Assembly: GCA_913043225.1 (NCBI GenBank) | Contig: CAJWLU010000003.1 | Location: forward strand, 160,001 to 224,000 | DNA: 64,000 bases | From: an uncultured Acidobacteriota bacterium | GTDB lineage: Bacteria > Acidobacteriota > Vicinamibacteria > Vicinamibacterales > UBA8438 | Direction: 5' to 3' | Part shown: positions 36,831 to 47,863 of the stretch, piece after piece | Layout of the letters: each line of letters opens with the position of its first letter | Numbering within the stretch: the first letter of the stretch is position 1 | Notes under the pieces: generated by a model | What the model was told of the DNA's origin: nothing | Seen by the model: only the letters and a program-made list of their open reading frames with translations | Databases searched by the model: none | Translations under genes and position numbers: made by a program

Positions 36831-37136
36831 CTAACGGGCCGCCGCTCGTTTACCGAAAAGCCTACCGACAGCTTGCATCCGCTGCCAGAAAAAGTCGAAC
36901 TGCCCGAGCAGCGTGCCGTACCCGATCAGGAAGAGGTGATACATCGGAACCATCACCACGAGGTAGACGGTCCACTGTACCCATCTCTGGGCATCCGGCG
37001 GTAGCAGGAAGGCGATGAGTGGAGCCTTCACCAGTACCGTCGACGTGCCAGCCAGCGAGAAGGCCACCAGGACGGCGACGGTGCGCCAGAGTGTCAAGCG
37101 CCAGCGCTCCTGCATGCGCTGCAGGGTCGCTTTCAT
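36831..37136 (-). CDS. Small membrane protein (DUF6787-like)
   Basis: LVAFSLAGTS, PMYHLFLIGYGTLLGQFDFFW; TAATG overlap with the upstream peptide gene. Confidence 0.75.
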   Translation of the reverse strand: MKATLQRMQERWRLTLWRTVAVLVAFSLAGTSTVLVKAPLIAFLLPPDAQRWVQWTVYLVVMVPMYHLFLIGYGTLLGQFDFFWQRMQAVGRLFGKRAAAR

Positions 37137-37342
37137 TACTGAGAGTCGCTATCGGAGTCTGTGCCGTCGCCGCCGCTGCTCGGGCAGGCCGCCGTCATGG
37201 CCGCGCTCACGCCGATGGCTCCGGCGATCACCGTCTTGGCCAGGAATGAGCGCCGGTCCACGCGGGCCGTCTGAATGTCGCTGTCGGACAGCGTGGCGGT
37301 CCCATCCTTCAGTTTCTTCGCTTCCGGGTGTCTGGTCGTCAT
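37136..37342 (-). CDS. 68-aa Tat-signal/lipobox precursor with an acidic Ser/Asp tail
   Basis: RBS aggag 9 nt before the ATG; DRRSFL twin-arginine motif, hydrophobic stretch, TAAC lipobox, tail CPSSGGDGTDSDSDSQ. Confidence 0.75.
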   Translation of the reverse strand: MTTRHPEAKKLKDGTATLSDSDIQTARVDRRSFLAKTVIAGAIGVSAAMTAACPSSGGDGTDSDSDSQ

Positions 37343-37400
37343 TGGTCTTGTCTCCTGATTGTCCGAAGGCATCGGCCTAGCTTGACCGGCACCTCGAGTA

Positions 37401-37442
37401 GCATGTAATTTACACCGTATGAGATTGAGACTCAATCTCATA
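37401..37442 (-). promoter_or_regulatory. Fur-family operator box 3 overlapping the promoter of the Tat peptide gene
   Basis: Perfect 12-1-12 tatgagattgag-a-ctcaatctcata (37418-37442); minus strand TTGAGT-17-TAAATT. Confidence 0.8.
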
Positions 37443-37681
37443 TTTCTCTAGTGAAATCTGCCCTGAGTCCATTCCTCGAGGGGGTGTGCATCCAGCCGGT
37501 TGAAACCTCGCAGGCCGGCGACCTGCTTTTCATGCCTCGGCGACAGATGAGGTCGACAATCCAGAGCTTTCTGCCTTCGATCTGGGCGCCCTGATTCTAG
37601 AGGTCGCCTGGGGACAGCTTGCTGGCGAGCGTGCCGAACTGAGTAGCGTCCATTTGCTACAGTGAGTTTCGACGAAAAGGG

Positions 37682-37769
37682 TGGTGCGGAAGGGGGGATT
37701 TGAACCCCCATGAGCCATTGGCTCGCTAGCCCCTCAAGCTAGTGCGTCTGCCAGTTCCGCCACTTCCGC
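37682..37769 (-). tRNA. tRNA-Leu(GAG)
   Basis: gcggaag...cttccgc-acca acceptor; ctagc-ttGAGgg-gctag anticodon arm; long variable arm; ggttcaaatcc T-loop; downstream of secG. Confidence 0.97.
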
Positions 37770-37796
37770 TCGGGTGGGTGCGGTGGGTGCACCGCC

Positions 37797-38183
37797 CTAC
37801 TGTGGTGCGGCTGGTGTGTCTGCTGCTTCCTCGGAGGTTTCGGCCGGGGCTTCCGCCGGCGTGTCTGGCGCTGGAATCTCGACCGGCGCGGTCGCCGGCG
37901 CGGCGGTCGGTAGGCCTGGGCCGTCGACGCCGCTCAACACCGATCCGGTGGAACTTTGCCCCGTGATGGCGAGTGCCATCGCCCCCACCATAAACAGAAT
38001 GCCGAGCACCGTGGTGGCCCGTGTCAATACCGTGGCGCCGGCACGGGCGCCGAACGCGGTCTGACTGCCGCTTCCGCCGAAGGCGGCCGCAATGTCGCCT
38101 CCTTTGCCCTGCTGCATCAGCACAACGGCCACGAGCAAGAGACAGGTAACCACGTACAGTGCGTTGAGAAGAATGCCCACCAT
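37797..38183 (-). CDS. secG: Preprotein translocase subunit SecG
   Basis: VLMQQGKGGDIAAAFGGSGSQTAFGARAGATVLTRAT. Confidence 0.95.
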   Translation of the reverse strand: MVGILLNALYVVTCLLLVAVVLMQQGKGGDIAAAFGGSGSQTAFGARAGATVLTRATTVLGILFMVGAMALAITGQSSTGSVLSGVDGPGLPTAAPATAPVEIPAPDTPAEAPAETSEEAADTPAAPQ

Positions 38184-38220
38184 AACCGACCCAGTATATC
38201 GCGCCTGACGCCGATCGCTA

Positions 38221-38985
38221 CTACCTCTTCGGCCGGCTCGCGGCCACGATTTCGGCAAAGCTCGTCGGCTCGAGACTGGCGCCGCCCACTAGGGCGCCGT
38301 CCACGTCCGCCCGTTCCATCAGCTCCGCCGCGTTGGCAGGCTTGACGCTGCCACCGTAGAGGATGCGGCAGGCGGCAGCCGCTGTTTGACCGAACGCCAG
38401 CGCAAGCTGCTCCCGGATGTATCGATGGGCTTCGTCGGCCTGATCTGGCGTGGCGACCTTGCCGGTGCCGATCGCCCAGACAGGTTCGTAGGCCACCACC
38501 AACTCGGTGACCTGCGCCGGGGTTAGCTGGGCGAGGCCGTCCCCGATCTGCCGGTCTAGCACGCCGAAGGTGTGTCCCGATTCCCGCTCCGCCAGCGTTT
38601 CCCCGACACAGACGATGGGCGTCAGCCCGGCCGCGAGCGTGGCCCGTGTCTTGGTATTGACGCCGGCGTCGGTCTCACCGAAGAGCTGCCGTCGCTCGGA
38701 GTGTCCGATGATCGCGAGCTGAACCCCGGACGCCTGGAGCATGCTCAGACTTACCTCGCCGGTGAATGCCCCGTGCGGCTCGGCGCTCACGTTCTGGGCG
38801 GCGACGCGGACCCGGCTCTCCGAGACGGCCTCGACCAGCGCCGGCAGAGCCAGGAACGATGGCGCTACCACGATGTCCATATCGGTGACGTCGTGCACGA
38901 GCGGTGTGAAGGCGCCGGCGTACTCCACCGCTTCGGCCACGGTCTTGTGCATCTTCCAGTTCGCGGCGACGAACGGTTTTCGCAT
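38221..38985 (-). CDS. tpiA: Triosephosphate isomerase
   Basis: ANWKM, GAFTGE, IGHSERR, AYEPVWAIGTG, LYGGSV. Confidence 0.98.
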   Translation of the reverse strand: MRKPFVAANWKMHKTVAEAVEYAGAFTPLVHDVTDMDIVVAPSFLALPALVEAVSESRVRVAAQNVSAEPHGAFTGEVSLSMLQASGVQLAIIGHSERRQLFGETDAGVNTKTRATLAAGLTPIVCVGETLAERESGHTFGVLDRQIGDGLAQLTPAQVTELVVAYEPVWAIGTGKVATPDQADEAHRYIREQLALAFGQTAAAACRILYGGSVKPANAAELMERADVDGALVGGASLEPTSFAEIVAASRPKR

Positions 38986-38988
38986 CCT

Positions 38989-40194
38989 TCAGTCCATTTC
39001 CTCTCCGGCATCCGGGAGTACATGGACTCCGGGCAGCGTGCGACCTCCCAGCAGTTCCAGCGAAGCGCCGCCACCGGTGGAGACGTGCGTGATGGCGTCG
39101 GCGACCCCGGCGCGGCCAATCGCTGCCACCGAGTCACCGCCCCCGACCACCGAACGAGCCGCACTCTCGGCCACCGCCTTGGCTACGGCCACGGTCCCCG
39201 GAGCGAACGGCTCGACCTCGAACACCCCCATCGGCCCGTTCCACATGATCGTCTTGGCTCCCGCGATCACCTCCGCGTAGCGAGCTATGGTCGTCGGACC
39301 GATGTCCACCCCGAGCCGCTCGCCGATGGCCGGATCGTCGACGGCCAGGGTCTCGTGCGTCGTGTCCGCGTCGAGCGATGGCGCGACGACATGGTCTCGC
39401 GGGAGTTCCAGTCGAACGCCGCGGCTCGTCGCCTCGTCGAGGATGCGTCGTGTCGTCTCGATCAGGTCTGGCTCAACCAGCGAGCGTCCGACCGGGAGGC
39501 CCTGGGCCAGGAAGAAGGTGTAGGCCATGGCTCCGCCGACGAGCAACGCGTCGACCCGACCGAGGAGATTGTCGATGACCTCGAGTTTCCCCGACACCTT
39601 GGCGCCGCCCAGGATGGCGATAAACGGTTGGGCCGACTGGCTCAGCAGTCCACCCAGGTGCTTGAGCTCGGCCGCCATGAGCAGGCCGGCGGCCGCGTCG
39701 TGCAGGTGGTTGACGATGCCGGCGGTTGAGGCGTGGGCGCGATGGGCAGCCCCGAACGCGTCGTTCACGTAGCAGTCGGCCGATTCAGCGAGCTGGTGGG
39801 CGAAGTCCCGATCGTTGCTTTCCTCGCCCTGGTGAAACCGCAGGTTCTCGAGCAGTACGATGCGTCCGCTGCCGACCTGCGCCAGAGCCGCCTTCACTGG
39901 TGCGCCGACGCAGTCGTCCGCAAATACCACCGGCCGGCTCAGCACCTGTTCCAGATGTACGGCCACCGGTTTCAGGCTGAACGCCGGGTTGGACTTTCCC
40001 TTCGGTCGACCCAGATGAGAGCCGACGACGACGGTCGCGCCACGGTCGAGGGCGTGCCGCAGCGTTGGTAGGGCCGCCCGGATTCGGGTGTCGTCCCCGA
40101 TGATGCCATCCCGGATCGGAACGTTAAAGTCGACACGGATGAACACCAGCCGCCCGTCCAGGGCAAGGTCGTGGATCGTCCGCTTCGCGATCAT
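38989..40194 (-). CDS. pgk: Phosphoglycerate kinase
   Basis: RVDFNVP, SHLGRP, LLENLRF, WNGPMGVFE, STGGGASLE. Confidence 0.98.
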   Translation of the reverse strand: MIAKRTIHDLALDGRLVFIRVDFNVPIRDGIIGDDTRIRAALPTLRHALDRGATVVVGSHLGRPKGKSNPAFSLKPVAVHLEQVLSRPVVFADDCVGAPVKAALAQVGSGRIVLLENLRFHQGEESNDRDFAHQLAESADCYVNDAFGAAHRAHASTAGIVNHLHDAAAGLLMAAELKHLGGLLSQSAQPFIAILGGAKVSGKLEVIDNLLGRVDALLVGGAMAYTFFLAQGLPVGRSLVEPDLIETTRRILDEATSRGVRLELPRDHVVAPSLDADTTHETLAVDDPAIGERLGVDIGPTTIARYAEVIAGAKTIMWNGPMGVFEVEPFAPGTVAVAKAVAESAARSVVGGGDSVAAIGRAGVADAITHVSTGGGASLELLGGRTLPGVHVLPDAGEEMD

Positions 40195-40202
40195 TGCTCG
40201 TA

Positions 40203-42671
<2,469 letters not shown>

Positions 42672-42675
<4 letters not shown>

Positions 42676-43694
42676 TGCAGCACCTGCTGGCCCGTCTCTA
42701 CGCTGCCGCGGCTCGTCGCCGTCGTCGGTACTTTGCCACCCATCCTTCCGCGCGGCGCCGCCTGCGGTGTCCGGTCGTGAGCGTCGGAGCGCTCAGTGCG
42801 GGTGGCAGTGGGAAGACCCCGGTAGCAGCGGTGGTAGCTCGTCGCCTGGTGGCGATGGGCGAGCGTCCGGCGTTGCTGAGTCGTGGCTATCGCCGCGCGG
42901 ACCCGGTCGAGGGCGTGGTGGTCGTGCGCGATCATTCGACCGTGCGCGGGACCCTCGAGACCGCCGGCGACGAACCGTGGATGCTGGCCCAGCAGCTCGA
43001 CGGTGTCGCGGTCGTGGTCGCGCCCGATCGCCATCTCGCGGGAACGCTCGCCGAGTCTCACTTGGGCGCCACCGTGCACGTGCTAGATGATGGGTTTCAG
43101 CATTTCGCCCTTGAACGGTGTGTCGATCTGGTGGTGGTCCGGCCCCACGACCTCGAAGACGCTGTCTTGCCCGCAGGGAAGTTGCGTGAGGCGTTGACGA
43201 CCGCGGTCGAGGCGGATGCCGTTCTCGTCGTTGATCCCGATGCCGGGGTTCGCGCCGGCGTGGCCGAACGGCTCGGTGTCACCACCTGTTTCGGTGTCAC
43301 GACGACCCTCCAGCCTCCTGTCGTTCGGTCGCCCGCCGCGGCGGAGGAGCAGGTACTCGTTGGTGTGCCGGTCTTCGCCGTGGCAGGGATTGCCGACCCC
43401 GGCCGTTTTGTGCGCGACCTATCCAGTGCCGGTTGGGCGCCGGTTGGCAGCGCGCTCTTCCCTGACCACCATCCCTACACAGAGGCGGACATCCAGCGCT
43501 GTGTCCGCCAGGCGGCCGCCGCTGGCGCCGAGCTGATCGTCACGACCGAGAAGGACTGGGTACGTTCGGCTCGCTGGTTCCCCAGCACGGTTCAGGTAGC
43601 CGTGGCGTGTCTGGAGACGAAGGTGGAGCCGGCAGGAGGCTTTGACCGGCTGCTGGCCGAGCGTCTGGCCATAGCCCGGGAGCATGCGGCGTGA
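42672..43694 (+). CDS. lpxK: Tetraacyldisaccharide 4'-kinase
   Basis: VSVGALSAGGSGKTP, SRGY, LDDGFQH, FPDHH, TTEKD. Confidence 0.95.
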
Positions 43695-44671
43695 GCGCCT
43701 TCTCTCCCGGGCGTCGACTTCGTCCGATCCGCCATCGGCTCGAATATGCGACGGTAGTTGCTGTTCGGCTAGCGGTGCGCCTGATGCCCCGGTCGTGGAT
43801 GCTCACGGCCGCGACCGGGTTGGGCCTGGTGTTTCACCGACTGGACCGTCGCCGCCGTGAAACCGCGGTGCGGAACGTGTGCGCGGCGTTCCCCCTGCGC
43901 ACGGAGGTTGAGTGCCGGGAGATTGTCCGGGGCGCGTTCAGCAATCTCGGTCGCCACATTCTCGAACTGCTGCGTTTCGACACCCTGAATGTGGAACAGA
44001 TGACGGACGTGGTCGAGCTCGAGGGCGTCGAGCGGGTGGAGCAGGTCCTCGCGTCCGGGCGGGGCGCCATGTTCTTCACCGGTCACTTTGGGTTCTGGGA
44101 GCTCCAGATCATGGTGCACGCCGTACGGTTCGCGCCGATCGTGATGGTGGCTCGCACCCTCGACAACCCACTGCTCGAAGCGATGATTGAGCGGCTGCGT
44201 ACACGGGTCGGCACGCGGGTGATACCCCGCCAGGGCGCCATCCGGGAATTGCTGCGGGCATTGCAGCAGGACGAGTCGGTCGGCATGATGATCGACCAGC
44301 ACATGCAGGACCGCAGCGCGATCGTGGTGAACTTCTTCAATCGGCCTGCGGCCACCACCTCAGCGATCGCCGCGCTGGCGCTTCGGACCGATGTTCCGGT
44401 GATCCCGGTCTTCGCGTTGCCGCTGCCGGACGGGCGTTATCGCCTGATCTATGAGGCTCCCGTCGACCGGCCGGATCCGGATGATCCCGACGCCGTCCGG
44501 TTGCTGACCCAACGTTGCACCGATGTGCTGGAGATTTACGTGCGTCGCTACCCGGAGCTGTGGCTCTGGATGCACCGCCGTTGGCGGGTCGCCGATGAGA
44601 TCGCCGCGCCGACCTCTTCGGCGCCTGCGGTCGACTCTGCGCCTCCCGCGTCGGCCCGCGGAGGGAAGTGA
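43691..44671 (+). CDS. lpxL: Lipid A late acyltransferase (LpxL/HtrB family)
   Basis: GHFGFWE, IDQH, PELWLWMHRRW. Confidence 0.88.
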   Translation: MSAFSPGRRLRPIRHRLEYATVVAVRLAVRLMPRSWMLTAATGLGLVFHRLDRRRRETAVRNVCAAFPLRTEVECREIVRGAFSNLGRHILELLRFDTLNVEQMTDVVELEGVERVEQVLASGRGAMFFTGHFGFWELQIMVHAVRFAPIVMVARTLDNPLLEAMIERLRTRVGTRVIPRQGAIRELLRALQQDESVGMMIDQHMQDRSAIVVNFFNRPAATTSAIAALALRTDVPVIPVFALPLPDGRYRLIYEAPVDRPDPDDPDAVRLLTQRCTDVLEIYVRRYPELWLWMHRRWRVADEIAAPTSSAPAVDSAPPASARGGK

Positions 44672-44676
44672 CACCC

Positions 44677-45723
44677 ATGCGCTTCCTTGTCCGCACGCCG
44701 AACTGGTTGGGCGATCTGGTGATGGCACTACCGGTGTTTACCGCCTTACGGGCGCAGGAGCGCGACGCCATGCTAGTGGCGGCAGCGCCAGCTGCATTCG
44801 CTCCGTTGCTGAGCGCTGTCGGGTCGATCGACGAGGTCGTCCCGCTCGATCGTGCCGTCTCCGGCGGGATGGCGCGGCTGCGGGCCGAGGCGGCGACGCT
44901 CCGCGAGGGCCGATTCGACCGGGTCTTACTGCTGCCCAACTCCTTTGGTTCGGCCTGGGCGGCCCGACAGGCCGGTATTCCCGAGCGGTGGGGATATACG
45001 GGTCCGGCTCGTCGGTTGATGCTGACGCGTGCTGTCCCGCGTCCGCCTTTACGTCCCCATCGCCATCTGACCGTCGATTACCAGACGCTGGTCGAGGGGG
45101 TGGGCGTAACTCCGGTGGCTCCCGTGCCTCGCCTCGCTCCGACCGGCGGGATGACCCGCCGGGCCAGGACCCTGCTCCAGGGTGTTGGCGTAGATCTCTG
45201 TCGACCTATGGTGGGGGTGGCGCCGGGCGCGGCCTACGGACACGCTAAGCGCTGGTCTCCAACGAGCTACGCCGATGTCGTCGCCCGGCTTGTCGCCGAC
45301 CGACACCTGCAGGTGGTGCTGGTCGGGAGTGGGCACGATCGCGATGCGGGCTATGCGATAGAATCCTCGCTTCCGCGCGATGGGTTGGTGCGGGACGGTG
45401 TCTTCAACCTGATCGGCCGTACCGACCTTACCGAACTGGTCGGCGTGCTCGCAGGCTGCCACGCGTTCATTTCGAGCGATTCGGGCGCCATGCATCTGGC
45501 CGCGGCGCTCGGGGTTCGCGTCACGGCGCTCTTCGGCCCGACTGATGAACGGTTGACCGCGCCGGTCGGATCGCATGCGGTGCTGAGTCGGTCGGTCCGG
45601 TGTCGGCCCTGCTTCTTCCGTGACTGTCCGATCGACCATCGCTGCATGCGTCGCATTACCACTAGCCAGGTCTTCGAAGCCGTGAGCGATGGCTTAGATC
45701 AGCAGGTAGGAGGATCGTCATGA
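44677..45723 (+). CDS. waaF: LPS heptosyltransferase II
   Basis: PNWLGDLVM, LPNSF, PGAAYGHAKRW, DSGAMHLAAA, FGPT. Confidence 0.9.
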   Translation: MRFLVRTPNWLGDLVMALPVFTALRAQERDAMLVAAAPAAFAPLLSAVGSIDEVVPLDRAVSGGMARLRAEAATLREGRFDRVLLLPNSFGSAWAARQAGIPERWGYTGPARRLMLTRAVPRPPLRPHRHLTVDYQTLVEGVGVTPVAPVPRLAPTGGMTRRARTLLQGVGVDLCRPMVGVAPGAAYGHAKRWSPTSYADVVARLVADRHLQVVLVGSGHDRDAGYAIESSLPRDGLVRDGVFNLIGRTDLTELVGVLAGCHAFISSDSGAMHLAAALGVRVTALFGPTDERLTAPVGSHAVLSRSVRCRPCFFRDCPIDHRCMRRITTSQVFEAVSDGLDQQVGGSS

Positions 45724-46283
45724 GGCAGGCGGTCTTCCTGGATCGTGACGGTACGCTCAACGAGGACGTCGGGCATCTCGATCGGCTCGACCGTCTGACG
45801 CTTTTTCCGTTCGCGATCGATGCGGTCCGTCTTCTGCACCAAGCCGGATACGCGGTTGTGGTTGTGACCAATCAGGGTGGCATCGCGAAGGGCTTGGTGG
45901 AAGAGATGTTCGTCACCGACCTGCATGCCCGTTTGACCGAGTGGTTCGCGGCTGGTGGCGGGATTATCGAGCGGTTCTACCACTGTCCGCATGATCCGCG
46001 AGCTGCGATCCCCGCCTACCGCCGCGAGTGTGACTGTCAGAAGCCGCGACCGGGCATGGTGCGACAGGCTGTGGCAGACCTCGACTTGGACCCCACACGC
46101 TCGTACGTGGTGGGCGACAAGTGGAGCGACATCGGTCTGGCCCGCAACGTGGGTGCTACCGGCATCCTGGTACGGACCGGCTACGGCGTAACCCAGGAGC
46201 GGCATGCGGACACGAGTGAGTTATTGGTGGCCGATGACCTGATGGCAGCCACGGTACACATCCTTGCCGAGACCGACCGATGA
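45720..46283 (+). CDS. gmhB: D-glycero-D-manno-heptose 1,7-bisphosphate phosphatase
   Basis: FLDRDGTLN, TNQGG, CPH...CDCQKP, VGDKWSD. Confidence 0.93.
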   Translation: MRQAVFLDRDGTLNEDVGHLDRLDRLTLFPFAIDAVRLLHQAGYAVVVVTNQGGIAKGLVEEMFVTDLHARLTEWFAAGGGIIERFYHCPHDPRAAIPAYRRECDCQKPRPGMVRQAVADLDLDPTRSYVVGDKWSDIGLARNVGATGILVRTGYGVTQERHADTSELLVADDLMAATVHILAETDR

Positions 46284-47332
46284 AGCTAACGACTATCCAT
46301 CCGGCTCCGGGTGAGGTCTCGTTGTCGACCCGTCTCGTCAAACTCATCGAGGCATTCGCCACTCCGCGCATCACGGTGGTGGGCGATCTCATCGCCGACG
46401 AGTTCATCTACGGTCGTTTGGACCGGGTGTCGCGAGAGGCTCCGGTCCTTATCCTCCAGTACGACTCCACGGAGGTCACTCCCGGCGGGGCTGGGAACGC
46501 GGCGCACAACGTGGCGGCCCTAGGCGGCCGGGCGGATCTGGTCGGACTTGTGGGGAACGACGAGATGGGCCGGCGCCTGCGAGCCAGCTTTCCGCGACGG
46601 GTTGTCCGTCGTCGGCTGGTGCGGTCTCCTGGCTACCGAACTCCGACCAAGACCCGCATCCTCGCCGGTGGCATCCACTCGGCCAGGCAGCAGGTCGTGC
46701 GGATCGATCGAGCCAGCGTCGACATTACCCGCACGCTGCGTGATGCCGTGCGAGATCAGGCGATGGCTGCGGCAGCCGAGAGTGATGCCGTCGTGATCTC
46801 CGACTACGGATCCGGCCTCATCACGCCCGCGCTGGTCGCCGCGGTGAAGCGGGCGCTGCCCCGACGCGGGCGGCGGGCGGCGGCGCCGGTGTTGCTGGAT
46901 TCCCGCTATGCGCTGCTCCGCTATCGGGGACTGTCGATTGCGGCGCCAAACGAATCTGAGGTCGAACAGCTGTTGGGGGTGACCATCGGTGATGACGGGC
47001 GCGCGCTCGAGCGCGCTGGCCGACAGATTCTTGCTCAGACGCGGATGCAGGCGATCCTGATTACGCGCGGTAGTCGGGGGATGGCACTCTTCGAGCCGGA
47101 TCGTCCTACCCAGCACATTCCCATCTACGGGAGCGACGAGGTGGCCGACGTGACGGGCGCGGGCGATACCGTGATCGCCACGATGGCCATGGCCATGAGT
47201 GTCGGCGCCTCCTGTGCAGAGGCGGCGCTGCTGGCCAACTATGCAGGCGGTCTGGTCGTCATGAAGCGGGGGACGGCCACGATCGACGCTAGTGAACTCC
47301 TGCAGGCGGTGACGACGGATCTGGCGCCATGA
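46280..47332 (+). CDS. hldA: Heptose-7-phosphate kinase (RfaE/HldE domain I, PfkB family)
   Basis: RVSREAPV, GGAGNAA, SDYGSG, DVTGAGDTV. Confidence 0.9.
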   Translation: MKLTTIHPAPGEVSLSTRLVKLIEAFATPRITVVGDLIADEFIYGRLDRVSREAPVLILQYDSTEVTPGGAGNAAHNVAALGGRADLVGLVGNDEMGRRLRASFPRRVVRRRLVRSPGYRTPTKTRILAGGIHSARQQVVRIDRASVDITRTLRDAVRDQAMAAAAESDAVVISDYGSGLITPALVAAVKRALPRRGRRAAAPVLLDSRYALLRYRGLSIAAPNESEVEQLLGVTIGDDGRALERAGRQILAQTRMQAILITRGSRGMALFEPDRPTQHIPIYGSDEVADVTGAGDTVIATMAMAMSVGASCAEAALLANYAGGLVVMKRGTATIDASELLQAVTTDLAP

Positions 47333-47346
47333 CCGGGAGGTAGTGA

Positions 47347-47832
47347 GTGGGCGAGGGCCGTGTGTTGACCGAGTCGGCGCTGGTCGAGCGGGTGGCCGCC
47401 GACCGCGCGCGGGGACGGACCTTCGTGTTCGCCAATGGCTGCTTCGATGTGCTACATGTCGGACATGTGCGCTACCTGACCGGGGCGGCGGTCGAGGGCG
47501 ACCGGCTAATCGTCGCCGTGAACGACGACGCGTCAGTACGTGGACTCAAGGGGCCGAATCGGCCGGTGCAAGCGGCCGGGGATCGGGCGGCGCTGGTGGC
47601 CGCGCTGCGGGTGGTGGACTACGTCGTGGTGTTTTCGGACTCGGACGTCGAGCGCCTGTTGACTTTGTTGAAGCCGGAGGTGCACTGCAAGGGCTCGGAC
47701 TACACGATCGACACGGTGCCTGAGCGCCAGGTGGTCCAGGGATATGGCGGACGGACCGTCATCGTTGGTGACAACAAGGACCACTCGACACGCGACGTCA
47801 TTGCCCGGATCCTGTCGGGTAAGGGGGTCTAG
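47347..47832 (+). CDS. hldC: Heptose-1-phosphate adenylyltransferase (RfaE/HldE domain II)
   Basis: ANGCFDVLHVGHVRYL, LKGPNRP, HCKGSDY. Confidence 0.92.
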   Translation: MGEGRVLTESALVERVAADRARGRTFVFANGCFDVLHVGHVRYLTGAAVEGDRLIVAVNDDASVRGLKGPNRPVQAAGDRAALVAALRVVDYVVVFSDSDVERLLTLLKPEVHCKGSDYTIDTVPERQVVQGYGGRTVIVGDNKDHSTRDVIARILSGKGV

Positions 47833-47863
47833 CTTGTAGCGCGGCGCGTTCGCACGACACTCC

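Noticed and set aside
37343..37441. Longer 101-aa version of the Tat peptide
   Set aside because: Its ATG lies inside the operator/promoter; the aggag RBS supports ATG 37342
38572..39729. Long antisense ORFs (also 1752-2654, 41758-42579, 47798-48775, 49640-50659)
   Set aside because: Shadow frames of well-supported genes in high-GC DNA
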